Origin: a virus
Taxonomy: Duplodnaviria; Heunggongvirae; Uroviricota; Caudoviricetes
Length of the DNA: 64,000 nucleotides
Virus record (IMG/VR): IMGVR_UViG_3300008107_000053
Strand: one strand, 5' to 3'
Shown: piece after piece, positions 1 through 10,800 of the stretch
How the letters are laid out: every line of letters begins with the position of its first letter
Numbering within the stretch: the stretch's first letter is position 1
Notes under the pieces: generated by a model
The model's database searches: none
The model's input: the letters and a program-made list of their open reading frames with translations, nothing else
What the model was told of the DNA's origin: nothing
Position numbers and translations under genes: made by a program

Positions 1-1
1 T

Positions 2-742
2 TCTGCTAAAGAATCTATTTTAAGTACTCCAGAATCTGATGAATACTGGTTATTTGATTCTGCTAAAGAATCTATTTTACCACAGCAATCTTTCTTGTTA
101 TCTTATGATATGAGTCAGATTCTTAATACTTCGTTGGCAGATCAATCATTTGTTGCTGCAATTACAACAGAACGACCAGCTGAAAGTTTTATAGATACTC
201 CAACATCTCAGATGTCTGCAGAAACTGGAAAATTTTTAGACTCGAGTATATCTAGTCCAACTAGCGCCATTACAGATATTGTAGTTGGGCTTGGTCCAGA
301 TTCTCCTGTTATTATGAGTTCGCCAGCACCAATCTTAGAAACTGGATTAGTTCAAAATTCATCTTTATTGCCACTGTCATCTACTGCGATAAATAATTCT
401 ATTCTGCTGACGACCAATACAGATACCTTTGGTAGCGCAACTACATATGTATTAGAACCATCTTATGCTTCTGATATTAGTCTGGCATTTACATTAGAGT
501 TTTTAAGGGGAACACTATTAGAGTCATCAGTTGCAACGACAAGCAGCCCCTCACTAGATTTCGCACCACCAATTTTAATATCACCAGTATTTACAACTGA
601 TGATGATACGTTGTTGGTCGATAATAGCATTTCTTCTAGCACAATAAATAGTGATAGCGGGAATGTGTTTTTCAACCAATATAATGATACCTTTAGCTAT
701 TTTGCTGATGAAACATACCTTGCAAGAACAAGAACTTTTTAA
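2..742 (+). CDS. 5'-truncated Ser/Thr-rich structural (fibre-like) protein, C-terminal part; frame is open from window start
   Basis: ORF in frame with 95..742 has no stop back to nt 2. In-frame 57-bp-period direct repeat encodes SAKESIL twice. Low-complexity S/T-rich composition typical of fibre/adhesin proteins. Confidence 0.4.
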   Translation, partial: SAKESILSTPESDEYWLFDSAKESILPQQSFLLSYDMSQILNTSLADQSFVAAITTERPAESFIDTPTSQMSAETGKFLDSSISSPTSAITDIVVGLGPDSPVIMSSPAPILETGLVQNSSLLPLSSTAINNSILLTTNTDTFGSATTYVLEPSYASDISLAFTLEFLRGTLLESSVATTSSPSLDFAPPILISPVFTTDDDTLLVDNSISSSTINSDSGNVFFNQYNDTFSYFADETYLARTRTF

Positions 743-751
743 GGAGTTAAT

Positions 752-1231
752 ATGACCCAAACTGAAACCCAAAATGCCGTTGAAGATCTACTAGACCCAG
801 TAGGTTATTTGACGATCGAGAAATTTAATGCCGACGGTAAATTAGTCGACGTTCGTAAAGTTAAGAATACTGTTGTTGCCAGCGGCAAGACCTTTATTGC
901 TGGCTCTATGATTAAGACTACTACCAATACACCAACAGCTATGACCCACATGGCTATCGGTACTGGTACTGTTGCAGTTAACGCTGCTACAGACACTGCT
1001 CTTGGCACTGCCGCTGGTGCACGTGTTACGTTCTCTGAAGCTGCATCTTCTACTACAAACCAAGTTACTTACAAAGCAACTTTTGGTTCTGCTTATAGCG
1101 GTGCTATCACAGAAGCTGGCGTATTCAATGCATTGACTGGTGGTACAATGTTATGCCGTACAGTATTCGGTGTAGTTACAAAAACTACTTCTGATACTAT
1201 CACTATCACTTGGACAATCACTGTAAGCTAA
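752..1231 (+). CDS. hypothetical virion protein (159 aa)
   Basis: Strong SD (AAGGAG) 7 nt upstream of ATG. Tightly packed in the + strand structural operon. No recognisable family. Confidence 0.5.
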   Translation: MTQTETQNAVEDLLDPVGYLTIEKFNADGKLVDVRKVKNTVVASGKTFIAGSMIKTTTNTPTAMTHMAIGTGTVAVNAATDTALGTAAGARVTFSEAASSTTNQVTYKATFGSAYSGAITEAGVFNALTGGTMLCRTVFGVVTKTTSDTITITWTITVS

Positions 1232-1238
1232 TATTCAA

Positions 1239-4200
1239 ATGGCAACTTCAATTCTAAAGAATGCGATACATTCTTCTTTAGCTAAGACTCTCTTAGATGA
1301 GATTCTTAGCAAGAAGAACAAGTATTACTATACGTTCGGTAAAACAGATCCATGGGATCTTGCGGAAACCCCACAATCGGCTATTGAAACTTTAGAATAT
1401 GAATATACTGCCAGAAGCAATATAGTTACATGTCAAGAGATTTTATCAAATGATGTATGTTTAGTTATTGATCGTATCAACTGGGTCTTAGGCGCAGTAT
1501 ACGATCAATACGACAACTACAGTGAAACTAATGTGGCGTTTTCTGGAGCTACATCACTAGATACAGCAAACTTTTATATCTTAACTGATGAGTTTAACGT
1601 ATACAAGTGTATCTCAAACAACAGAAATAGTGCGTCTGCTGTAAGACCTACAGGACAGTCCACAGGATTTATTAATATCCCAGAAGATGGTTATGTGTGG
1701 AAATTCATGTATAACATTCCACTATATCTTCGAAACAAATTTTTAAACTCATCACAGATGCCAGTTGTAAATGCTTTACAAACTGGGTACTACAGTGATG
1801 GTAGATTATCTCAGGTTATCTTTAATCTTAAAGGTACCAAGTATCATGAAAACACAAGTCTTGGTAGTGTAGCAACTAAGACTGTTAGTGGAGTTACAAA
1901 CTTAAGAAAGTTTTATGGTACAAACTCAGCAATCCTTTCGCTAGTTGCTACAGACAGAATTGAAGTTAACGGTGAAGTTAGATCCGTTGCATCTGTAGCT
2001 ACTGAAGTTGTGGAAAGTGTTACATATTATGTAATAACAACTGCAAGCAATGAGCCTCTATTAAGAGTAACTTCATTATCTCCAGCAAAAAAATTAAACA
2101 CTGAGCTGGAAATTATTGGCGATGGATATAAACAAGCAAACCCGTATTTAATTACAGCAGCTAATGTAATTGACGGAGGCTCTGGCTTCGTTACTAACAA
2201 TGGACTAGCACTTAGCTTTCCTGCACCTTACCAAACTGGTAGTGTTGCAGCAGGTACTGTTACAGTTAACGTCAACGTTCTTGATTTAACAGTATCTAGC
2301 GCAGGTTCAGGATATACTCAAGTTCCTACTGTAGAAATAACATCTGGCGGCGGCACTGGTGCTACAGCAACAGCTATATTAGGATTTCCATTAAGCTCAA
2401 CAATCAGTATCTCTGCTAGTGGTTCTGGGTATACTACACCTCCAACTATTACTTTTAATGGTGGCGATGGAACAGGGGCTGCAGCAACAGCCATAATATC
2501 TGGAACTATTGAAGCAATAGAATTCACTCCAGGAAACGGGTATGCAACTGCACCTACAATCACAATAGGGGCGCAATGGGCGCAGACTACTGCTTTAGTA
2601 GTAGACCAACAAATTGCATATGGTGGTGGATTATATACTGTAGTTGGCGCAGGAACTACAGGAACAGTTGCTCCAACACATACTACAACTACAGTCACAG
2701 CTGGTTCTTTTGTTGTTGGATACAAATACACAATAGCTGCATTAGGTACTACTACAAACTGGCAATCAATTGGTGCTCCATTGGGTGCAGTAGTTGGTAC
2801 ATCTTTCGTTGCAACAGGTGTTGGTTCTGGTAATGGAACTGCTACCACTACGTATGCTTCTAATGGAACTGCTGTATTATCTTATGCTGGAGTAGCAGCT
2901 TCTGGTATAGTCACTATTTCCGCAGGTTTAGTACAAAGCATAGCTCTTATTGGTGGTTCTGGATATACATCCACCCCATCAGTTACGTTTAGTGGCGGCT
3001 CGCCAGCAACAGAAGCAACAGGAACTGCAAAACTTAATGCATATGTAGCTTCTATAGTAGTCACTGATGCAGGCTCTGGTTATACATCAGCACCGTTAGT
3101 TGTAATTACTCCTTATGGGGTAGATATTAGTGCCACTATTATTCCTGCAGAAGCACTTGCTACCTTGTCGCCTATTAACGGTTCTGTTAAAGATATAACC
3201 TTGACGAATGCAGGTGTGAATTATACATCAGCACCAACTGTTACCGTCCAGGCACCAACTATTACCTTTAATGGTTCTACTGCAGTAAGCGTTGCCAATG
3301 ATACAATAACTTATATTAACCACGGATTCCAAACAGGAGCTGCTGTAGTTTATTCCAATGGTGGTGGAACTAGCATAACAGGATTGACTAGCGGAACCAC
3401 ATATTACGCAAACGTGACTTCTACAAGCGTCATTAAGTTATATGACACTCAAGGAAATGCTGTCACGGGAGGAGCAACTGGTTTAATTAACATAACAGCT
3501 ACAGGTGTAGGTTCAAATCATACACTCACTAACATGACTGCTGGTTTTCAAGCTACTGCAACCAGTGTAGTATCTTCAGGATTTATAAAGAGTGCTATTT
3601 TAACAGATCCTGGTTATGGTTATACCGTTGTCCCTACACCATTCTTAACGTTCACTAATGGATGGGTAGCTGGCGGTATCGTTGCGTTAAATCAAGAAGT
3701 TACATATCAGAATAGAATTTATAAAGTAACAGCTGTTACAAACCCATACAATTTGGGATCTTCGCCACCTTCGCACACAACTGGTGCTGTAGTCAATGGT
3801 GATGCTACACTTACATATTTGTCTACAGTATCTCTGCCATCTTTCCAAACTATTGCAGAGAAAACAAAGGCATATATTGATCCAATTGTAGATGTAACAA
3901 ATGGTGAGATTCGTGGTGCTATTATTATTGATGGCGGTACTGGATACACATATGCTACATGTGAGGTTAAAAGAAATAAACCACCAACATCTGGAACTGG
4001 ACTTGATGCTCAATTAACTATTGATACATCTATTGGAACCGTGAACTCAGTTCAAGCACAGGTTGAACTTTCTGCTATCAATGGATCATTAGATAATTAC
4101 CAAGTTATTGCTGGTGGTGTTGGATATGTACAAGCAAGCACAACAGTTTCTATAGTTGGCGATGGAACAGGAGCTACTGCTACTGCCACTGTAGAGTCTG

Positions 4201-4847
4201 GCGCAATTACAAAGATAAACATTATAACTCGTGGTAAAGATTATACTAATGCTACGGTGACTATTGCTGGTGTTGGATCTGGTGCTCAAGTTAGAGCAAT
4301 AATTGGACCAATTGGAGGACATGGAAGAAGTTGTATAGATGAATTAAATGGTCGTACTGTTATAATGTACAATCGTTTATCTCAAATACAGGTAAAGGGA
4401 ATCGCACTTGATGCTTTGACCAATATCCGTCAGGTTTGTGTATTGAAGTCACCAAACCTTTTCAATAGCGTGTTCAATTATAATAACTTTGCTGGTAGTA
4501 CGTGCTATAAAATCACTCTTGCATCTACACCTACCACAGCAGCGTTAAATTCCACCGTTACTGTATACACATCGTCATCACCATCTCCATCTTCTGTAGC
4601 AGTTAAATTCAGAGTTATAGCAAAGTCTGGCAATTCTTTAATCTTACAGGCAATAGATAACAATGACGAATTGATAAAGTCAGGATACTTTATGAGAACC
4701 TCTGCTGGAGTTTTCCATCCATTAACATATGTAGAAAAACCAGATGTCGACAGATTCTCAGGCGACTTAATTTTCATCGACAATAAGTCACCATTTGCAC
4801 CAACTGTTGATCAACCATTGGTGATTACAACTAGATTCAAGTTATAA
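1239..4847 (+). CDS. giant structural protein (1202 aa), baseplate/fibre-associated, with tandem Ig-like 'GSGYTxxPTVTIxGGGGxGATA' repeats
   Basis: Long ORF, 8 nt after the previous stop. At least 8 copies of a ~30-aa 'GSGYT..P.VTI.GG.G.GA.A' module are also found in gp14 and gp18 of this phage. The C-terminal part is unique. Confidence 0.6.
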   Translation: MATSILKNAIHSSLAKTLLDEILSKKNKYYYTFGKTDPWDLAETPQSAIETLEYEYTARSNIVTCQEILSNDVCLVIDRINWVLGAVYDQYDNYSETNVAFSGATSLDTANFYILTDEFNVYKCISNNRNSASAVRPTGQSTGFINIPEDGYVWKFMYNIPLYLRNKFLNSSQMPVVNALQTGYYSDGRLSQVIFNLKGTKYHENTSLGSVATKTVSGVTNLRKFYGTNSAILSLVATDRIEVNGEVRSVASVATEVVESVTYYVITTASNEPLLRVTSLSPAKKLNTELEIIGDGYKQANPYLITAANVIDGGSGFVTNNGLALSFPAPYQTGSVAAGTVTVNVNVLDLTVSSAGSGYTQVPTVEITSGGGTGATATAILGFPLSSTISISASGSGYTTPPTITFNGGDGTGAAATAIISGTIEAIEFTPGNGYATAPTITIGAQWAQTTALVVDQQIAYGGGLYTVVGAGTTGTVAPTHTTTTVTAGSFVVGYKYTIAALGTTTNWQSIGAPLGAVVGTSFVATGVGSGNGTATTTYASNGTAVLSYAGVAASGIVTISAGLVQSIALIGGSGYTSTPSVTFSGGSPATEATGTAKLNAYVASIVVTDAGSGYTSAPLVVITPYGVDISATIIPAEALATLSPINGSVKDITLTNAGVNYTSAPTVTVQAPTITFNGSTAVSVANDTITYINHGFQTGAAVVYSNGGGTSITGLTSGTTYYANVTSTSVIKLYDTQGNAVTGGATGLINITATGVGSNHTLTNMTAGFQATATSVVSSGFIKSAILTDPGYGYTVVPTPFLTFTNGWVAGGIVALNQEVTYQNRIYKVTAVTNPYNLGSSPPSHTTGAVVNGDATLTYLSTVSLPSFQTIAEKTKAYIDPIVDVTNGEIRGAIIIDGGTGYTYATCEVKRNKPPTSGTGLDAQLTIDTSIGTVNSVQAQVELSAINGSLDNYQVIAGGVGYVQASTTVSIVGDGTGATATATVESGAITKINIITRGKDYTNATVTIAGVGSGAQVRAIIGPIGGHGRSCIDELNGRTVIMYNRLSQIQVKGIALDALTNIRQVCVLKSPNLFNSVFNYNNFAGSTCYKITLASTPTTAALNSTVTVYTSSSPSPSSVAVKFRVIAKSGNSLILQAIDNNDELIKSGYFMRTSAGVFHPLTYVEKPDVDRFSGDLIFIDNKSPFAPTVDQPLVITTRFKL

Positions 4848-4850
4848 ATA
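4843..4850 (+). promoter_or_regulatory. T4-type late promoter motif TATAAATA upstream of the 2601-aa gene
   Basis: Exact TATAAATA (T4 gp55-dependent late -10 consensus) overlapping the stop of the upstream gene, 32 nt before the ATG at 4882. A gp55 homolog is encoded in the window. Confidence 0.5.
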
Positions 4851-4881
4851 TAATAGCTAAAGTTATTAAGAAGGCTAAGAA

Positions 4882-7800
4882 ATGACAATCAACTTCAATG
4901 CAGAACCATACTATGATGATTTTGACGAAAACAAGAAGTTCTTAAAGATATTATTCCGTCCTGGTTACGGTGTACAAGCAAGAGAACTAAATCAACTTCA
5001 AAGTATTCTGCAGTCGCAAATCTCTAGAGTTGGCGACCATTTATTCAAAGAAGGTTCTGTTATCATTCCAGGTGAAATTGGTTTTGATACTTCACTGTCT
5101 CATGTTAAATTGACACCAACTGTAGGCACTTCTGGTACAGATGGATTTTTACCAGCATTAGTTGGTAACATTTTAGTTGGACAAACTACAGGCGTTCGCG
5201 CAAAAGTTTTAACATATACAACTAAAACTTCAACTGACCCATCAATGGTTTATGTTAAGTATATTAACTCTGGAACCAACGGCACAACCAAAGTATTTGC
5301 TGCTTCAGAAACTCTTGTATCTGAAGAAACTGGTGTCACAGTAACAGTTCAATCTAGTGCTGCAACTGGTGTTAGCTCTGGTGCTACAATTCAACAAGGT
5401 GTATTCTATGTAAAGAAAAACTTTGTTTTGGTTGAAGCCCAAACAATCGTTATTGACAAATACTCAAAGACACCTACTGCAAAGATTTGCCTAGAGATCG
5501 TAGAAGATACAGTCACACCAGAAGAAGATGAAACCTTATTGGACAATGCTGCTGGCTCATATAACTACTCTGCACCTGGAGCGCACCGTTATACTATTTC
5601 TTTGAATCTTGTAAAGAAGTCTTACGATTTTACAATCGATGAAGGCACTAACTTTATTGAAATCCTTAGAGTTAAAAACGGTAACATAGAGTACTTGGTA
5701 AACAAGACTCTATACAACGAATTAGAGCATACGCTAGCACGTAGAACATATGATGAGTCTGGAAATTACATAGTTAAAAATTTCCCAATTAACATCAAAG
5801 AGTTCCGCAATAATGACCGTGGAACATATGCAGTAAACAAACCATATCTAGCAAATGATATCGTTGCGCATACAACAACTGGTGGTGTCAAGAGTTTCTA
5901 TCGTGCGTTAAATACTGGATTTTCAGATTCAAATACAACTCCACAAAGCACTGCTAGTTCTACTGGTATTGTTGTGTGGCAGCAAGTTTCAGTTCCTCCA
6001 TATAACAATGGTGTTTATACTGCACCATCTACATATACAACTACAACACAGCATGAGGCAGACGAGGCTAAACTAGCTGTTGGACTTGGCGCTGGTAAAG
6101 GTTATATTTTTGGTTATGAAGTAGAAACTAAATCTACATTTTATACGCCACTATCAAAAGCTAGAGCCACTAGCAATGAACAAGACTTACTGTTTCCTAC
6201 TGATCTAGGTCAATATATTGTCGTTCAAAATGTAAACGCATTCCCAGATGTTTCTACATATCCTGAAGTTTTACTCTATGAAGATCCTACTGTAACACTA
6301 GGTGTTTCTTCTGGTGTTAAGCGTGGTTCTGCTAGAATCAGAGCTATTGAATATGAATCTGGCGCTATTGGTACTTCACAAGCAAGATACAAAGTATTCT
6401 TGTTTAACGTAGTTATGGATGTTGTACCAAATACAAATGGTAGAAGATATTCCATTACAAACAGAGTTAAACAAATTGTTATCCCAGCAACTACTACAAC
6501 TGCAACATTCACAGCGGATGTTTCATTAAACGCAGTTCAAACTTCTGGAACTGTTATCGTTAATGGCACTTCTGTATTCGGTACAGGGACATCATTCACA
6601 ACAGAATATGAAGTTGGTGAATATGTTTATATTAATGGTATCTACGCCAGAGTAGAGACTGTAGTATCAAACACTGCGATGACACTTAGTACAAACGTGT
6701 CAGGGACAACATCAATTACAGTAGATGGTTCTAATGCAGCTTTATTTGATCTAACAAACGATATAATTAGTTCAACTGCCCATGGTTTAACTACTGGGGC
6801 TGAAGTTAGCTATGATGCTGGAGCTATTGTAACTCTTTCTACCAATTCTATTTCTGTAGATACTACCACTGATGTGATTACAGTTCCATCAACTACAGGA
6901 TTGAGTGCTGGAAAGGTTATTAGATTTGGTACAAATATTGCAGGTATTGCAGCAAGTAAATTTTACTATGTTAAGACAGTTCCAAACGGAACAACTTTCA
7001 CTATCTCTGAAACATCTGGTGGTGCAACACTTGATCTAACACCAGAAGTAACTAAAAATGTTACCTCTTTAGTTCCAAGCACAAACGTTATAACACTTTC
7101 TGATGTAACATCAATTGCAGACACTGATAAAATAAGATTCTCTGGTACTACCTTTGGTGGCATTGTAGCAGGAACTGATTATTTTGTTAAAGGTGCACCA
7201 GTAGGAAATACTATTAAAATTTCTACAACTTCTGGTGGAACAGAATTTGATATTACTGCAGTTACTACTACAGCAACTGCAGTAGAAAAGACTACAAACT
7301 TTGTAACTGTTTCTAGCGTTGCTGGTATGGCAGTAGGTAATTCTATCACATTAAGCGGAACAGCCTTTGGTGGATTGGCTGCTGCTCAATATTGGATTAG
7401 ATCTATTGATGCTGCTGCGAAAAAGATTACAATTTCTACTTCTAGCACAGGCTCGGTTGTAGTATTTGCAAATACTGTTACAGGATCTATGACAGTTACA
7501 CTCGACACTGTAGCTACTTCTATGACTGTGTCAGAAGCTATAGTCGCAAAGACTTCATCTCTGACTTTTGATGCTAATGCTATTGCAGGTTTAGTTAATG
7601 GTAGATCTTACTTTGTTTTTGCAGGAACAACTGCTACACCTACACCAAATACTTTTGTTCTGTATGATTCTCGTACTGGGGCAGAAACTGGTAGTACACT
7701 CGGTAGAGTAAATATCACTGCAGTAGGAACAGGAACTGCACATAAATTTACAAGAAACACTACATCAGGTGTAAAGGTAGAAAAAGCATTCAGACCTCTA

Positions 7801-10800
7801 GTTAATGCTGGTGCAACTAGCCTAATCTTTAGACTTCCATATCCTTTTATCAAGAACGTTTCTGATGTTAGATATACAGTATCCAGAACGTATGTTGGTA
7901 CAATAGCTTCGGGTTCTGTTGCAGTATCATGCGATTTACCGTACCAATTCACAGATCCTAATGCCACTGGATCTTACCAAATTGTAAGTAGAACTACTGG
8001 TAACTATCTTACATATAGTGGAGCAACACGTTCTAACAACAATACGACCATCGTATTTGGCGGGTTAAGTTCTAATAATGGACAGCAGGTGCTGATACAA
8101 ACTACATTAGGTGTATCTGCAAACAATCTAAGAATCAAAACTCTAAAGAGCGCAACACATACAGTTACGTCTAAAACTATTGGAGAGTCCAAAGCTATCT
8201 ACACAGGCAAGGCAGATGGTATTCGAGTGGTTAGTGTCAAAATGGATACTGGATCATGGGGACAACCCTCTGGTCTTTATACCACAGATATTACAAGTAG
8301 ATTTAACTTTGTAACAAACCAGACTGATTCTTACTATGGTATCTCTTTTATTCAATTGAAAGATGGTCAGCCTAAGCCTACAGCACCTATTAGAATAGTA
8401 TTTGAATACTATGAACATAGCGGTTCTGGAGACTTTTTCTCAGTTAGATCATACGATGGTATCCCATATCAAACTATTCCAGTTTATAACGGATTGTCTC
8501 TAGCAGACTGTATTGACTTCAGACCTAAAGTAACAGACAACTTTACTGGTGCTGTAGTATTTACAGACGATGAAACATTGATGCCTAAGTTTGGCACTGA
8601 TATGGTTCTTGACCTAGAGTATTATCTTGGTAAAAAGTGTAAAGTCTTTATGGATCGTACTGGTAGAGTTACTATCAGCGAAGGTGCATCTACACTAGTC
8701 AATCAACCAAGCGCACCAGAAATTAGTGACAATATTTTATTGTACAATATTCAACTGCAACCATACACATTTGGAACTTCTTCTGAAAACATCTTAATTG
8801 CTGGTGTAGACAATAAACGCTACACCATGGCTGATATTGGTAAGTTAGAACGAAGAATTAACAATCTAGAATATTACACATCTCTATCATTGTTAGAATC
8901 TGAGACACAGAACTTAACAATACGTGATGCTGATGGTCTTGAGAAATTTAAAAATGGTTTCGTTGTAGATAACTTTACAGGTCATGCTATTGGTGATACT
9001 AGAAATCCAGATTACCTAAATTCTATTGATTTTGATTCTAGAATACTACGACCATTCTTTGTTCAAGATCAAATTCCATTCGTAGAAGTAGCATCATCAA
9101 ATAACGATAGAGCAGCACGTAACTATGCTTTGACTGGTAAGTACATAACATTACCATTCACTGAAACCAAGTATGTCGATCAACTGAGATCTTCTTCTAG
9201 CGAAAAGATTAACCCATTTGCTTTCTTTACATTCTTGGGTAGCATGACTATAACTCCAGCAAGCGATACTTGGTTTGCAGTTGAGCGTAGACCAGATATT
9301 ATTGTTGAAGAAAAAGAAGGTAACTATAATACAGTTAAGAATCTTGCTGAAAAGGCAGGTGTTCTTGGTACTATTTGGGGTGCGTGGAGTATAAATTGGG
9401 CAGGTCGCACAGAAAATGTTCTTTCTTCTAAAACATACGCTGCAAGAACCGTGGGTGGTGGAAACTTTGCTGGTGGTTGGGGTATTAACGGAAATAGCTT
9501 CACTGTTTCTACAGTTCAGGTCAGTACACCAAAATCAAGAAAAGGCACAGAAACCTATGTAAAATCCATCTATGAAGAACGAGTCTTAGAAGATAAAATT
9601 TTAAGCACTACTATTCTTCCATACATGAGATCTCGTCGCCTGGCAGTTCAAACAAAATCACTTAAGGGTGGTACTGTATTCTATCCATTCTTTGATGGTA
9701 GAAATATACAACAGTATTGCACTCCTGCAGAAAAGATTATATTCAATGCAAGAACTGGTAAATCTACTGAGTTTGATACAGTTAGTCGCGCAGGTAATAA
9801 TTATTCTGAAACTGCAAGATTGTTTGCAGGAGACTCTACAGATTTGGCTATTAGCGTAGGTGATGTTTTAGTAGAGTATAATTCATTAGGAACTGTTGCA
9901 ACTGGTGTTACAGCCGTAGTAGTTGGCTGGGAAAAGTATGAAGCTGGTCCAGATGCAGGTAAATATGCTGTTTATGTAGTTAATAGAAAGTATCCAGTTA
10001 ACGCTGCTACTACTGGTTTTGGCGTAGGTAACGTTATAAAAGGTACATTGAGCGAAGCTGAGGGTACTATTGTTTCCGCAACCACAGCAAAGGCAGGTGG
10101 CGAACTAAGAACTTCTTTACAAGGTTCTTTACACTTTATCTTCCATGTTCCAAACACTGACGCTGTTAAATTTAATACTGGATCTAATGAACTAGCATTA
10201 CTTGACGTTGAAACATATGATAAAAAGTCATCTACATCATCTGCTACAAAGGCATTTACTGCAAGTGGTGTTTACCAAGAAAGACAAAATCAGATTCAGC
10301 GAATCCGTAATGGTGAGTTGGCCACTAAACAAGTTGATGATTTTGGAAATGATTTATCAGATCCAGAAACTAGATTCTCAAATTCACCTGGATGGTACGA
10401 TCCACTGGCTCAGACTTTCTTAGTTCAAGAAACTAATGGTGTATTCGTAACATCTGTAGACTTGTACTTCTACAAGAAAGATGTTTCTGCTCCAGTTATA
10501 GTAGAGATCCGAGAAGTTGTTAATGGATACCCAGGTAAGAATGTTCTAACAACTGCTAAGACACAAATCGCAGCTTCACAGATTCTAACATCCGATAATG
10601 CTAGCGTGGCAACGAATGTCAAGTTTCCATCTCCTACATATCTAAACGGTAATACTGAATATTGTATAGTTCTAATGTCTAACTCTGATATTCCAGAAAT
10701 CTTTGTTGCAAAACAGGGTGAACTATCTAAAGAAGATGGTAGTCAGATCGACAAGCAACCATACATGGGCGTATTCTTCAAGTCTCAAAATGCTTCTACT

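Noticed and set aside
1-79. 22-bp direct repeat (ttctgctaaagaatctatttta) at 1..22 and 58..79 as possible att/terminal repeat
   Set aside because: It is in frame inside the truncated S/T-rich ORF and encodes a repeated peptide (SAKESIL). That reads as a coding repeat, not a genome terminus or att site.
2318-2848. Minus-strand ORFs overlapping the giant + strand genes (e.g. 2318..2848, 3687..4013, 6276..6512, 7608..7967, 17461..17904, 19201..19590, 23902..24180, 26142..26462)
   Set aside because: They lie antisense to low-complexity A/G/T/V-rich coding sequence with strong + strand ORF continuity. Their V/A/P-rich composition is the mirror image of the sense codons. No SD or promoters.
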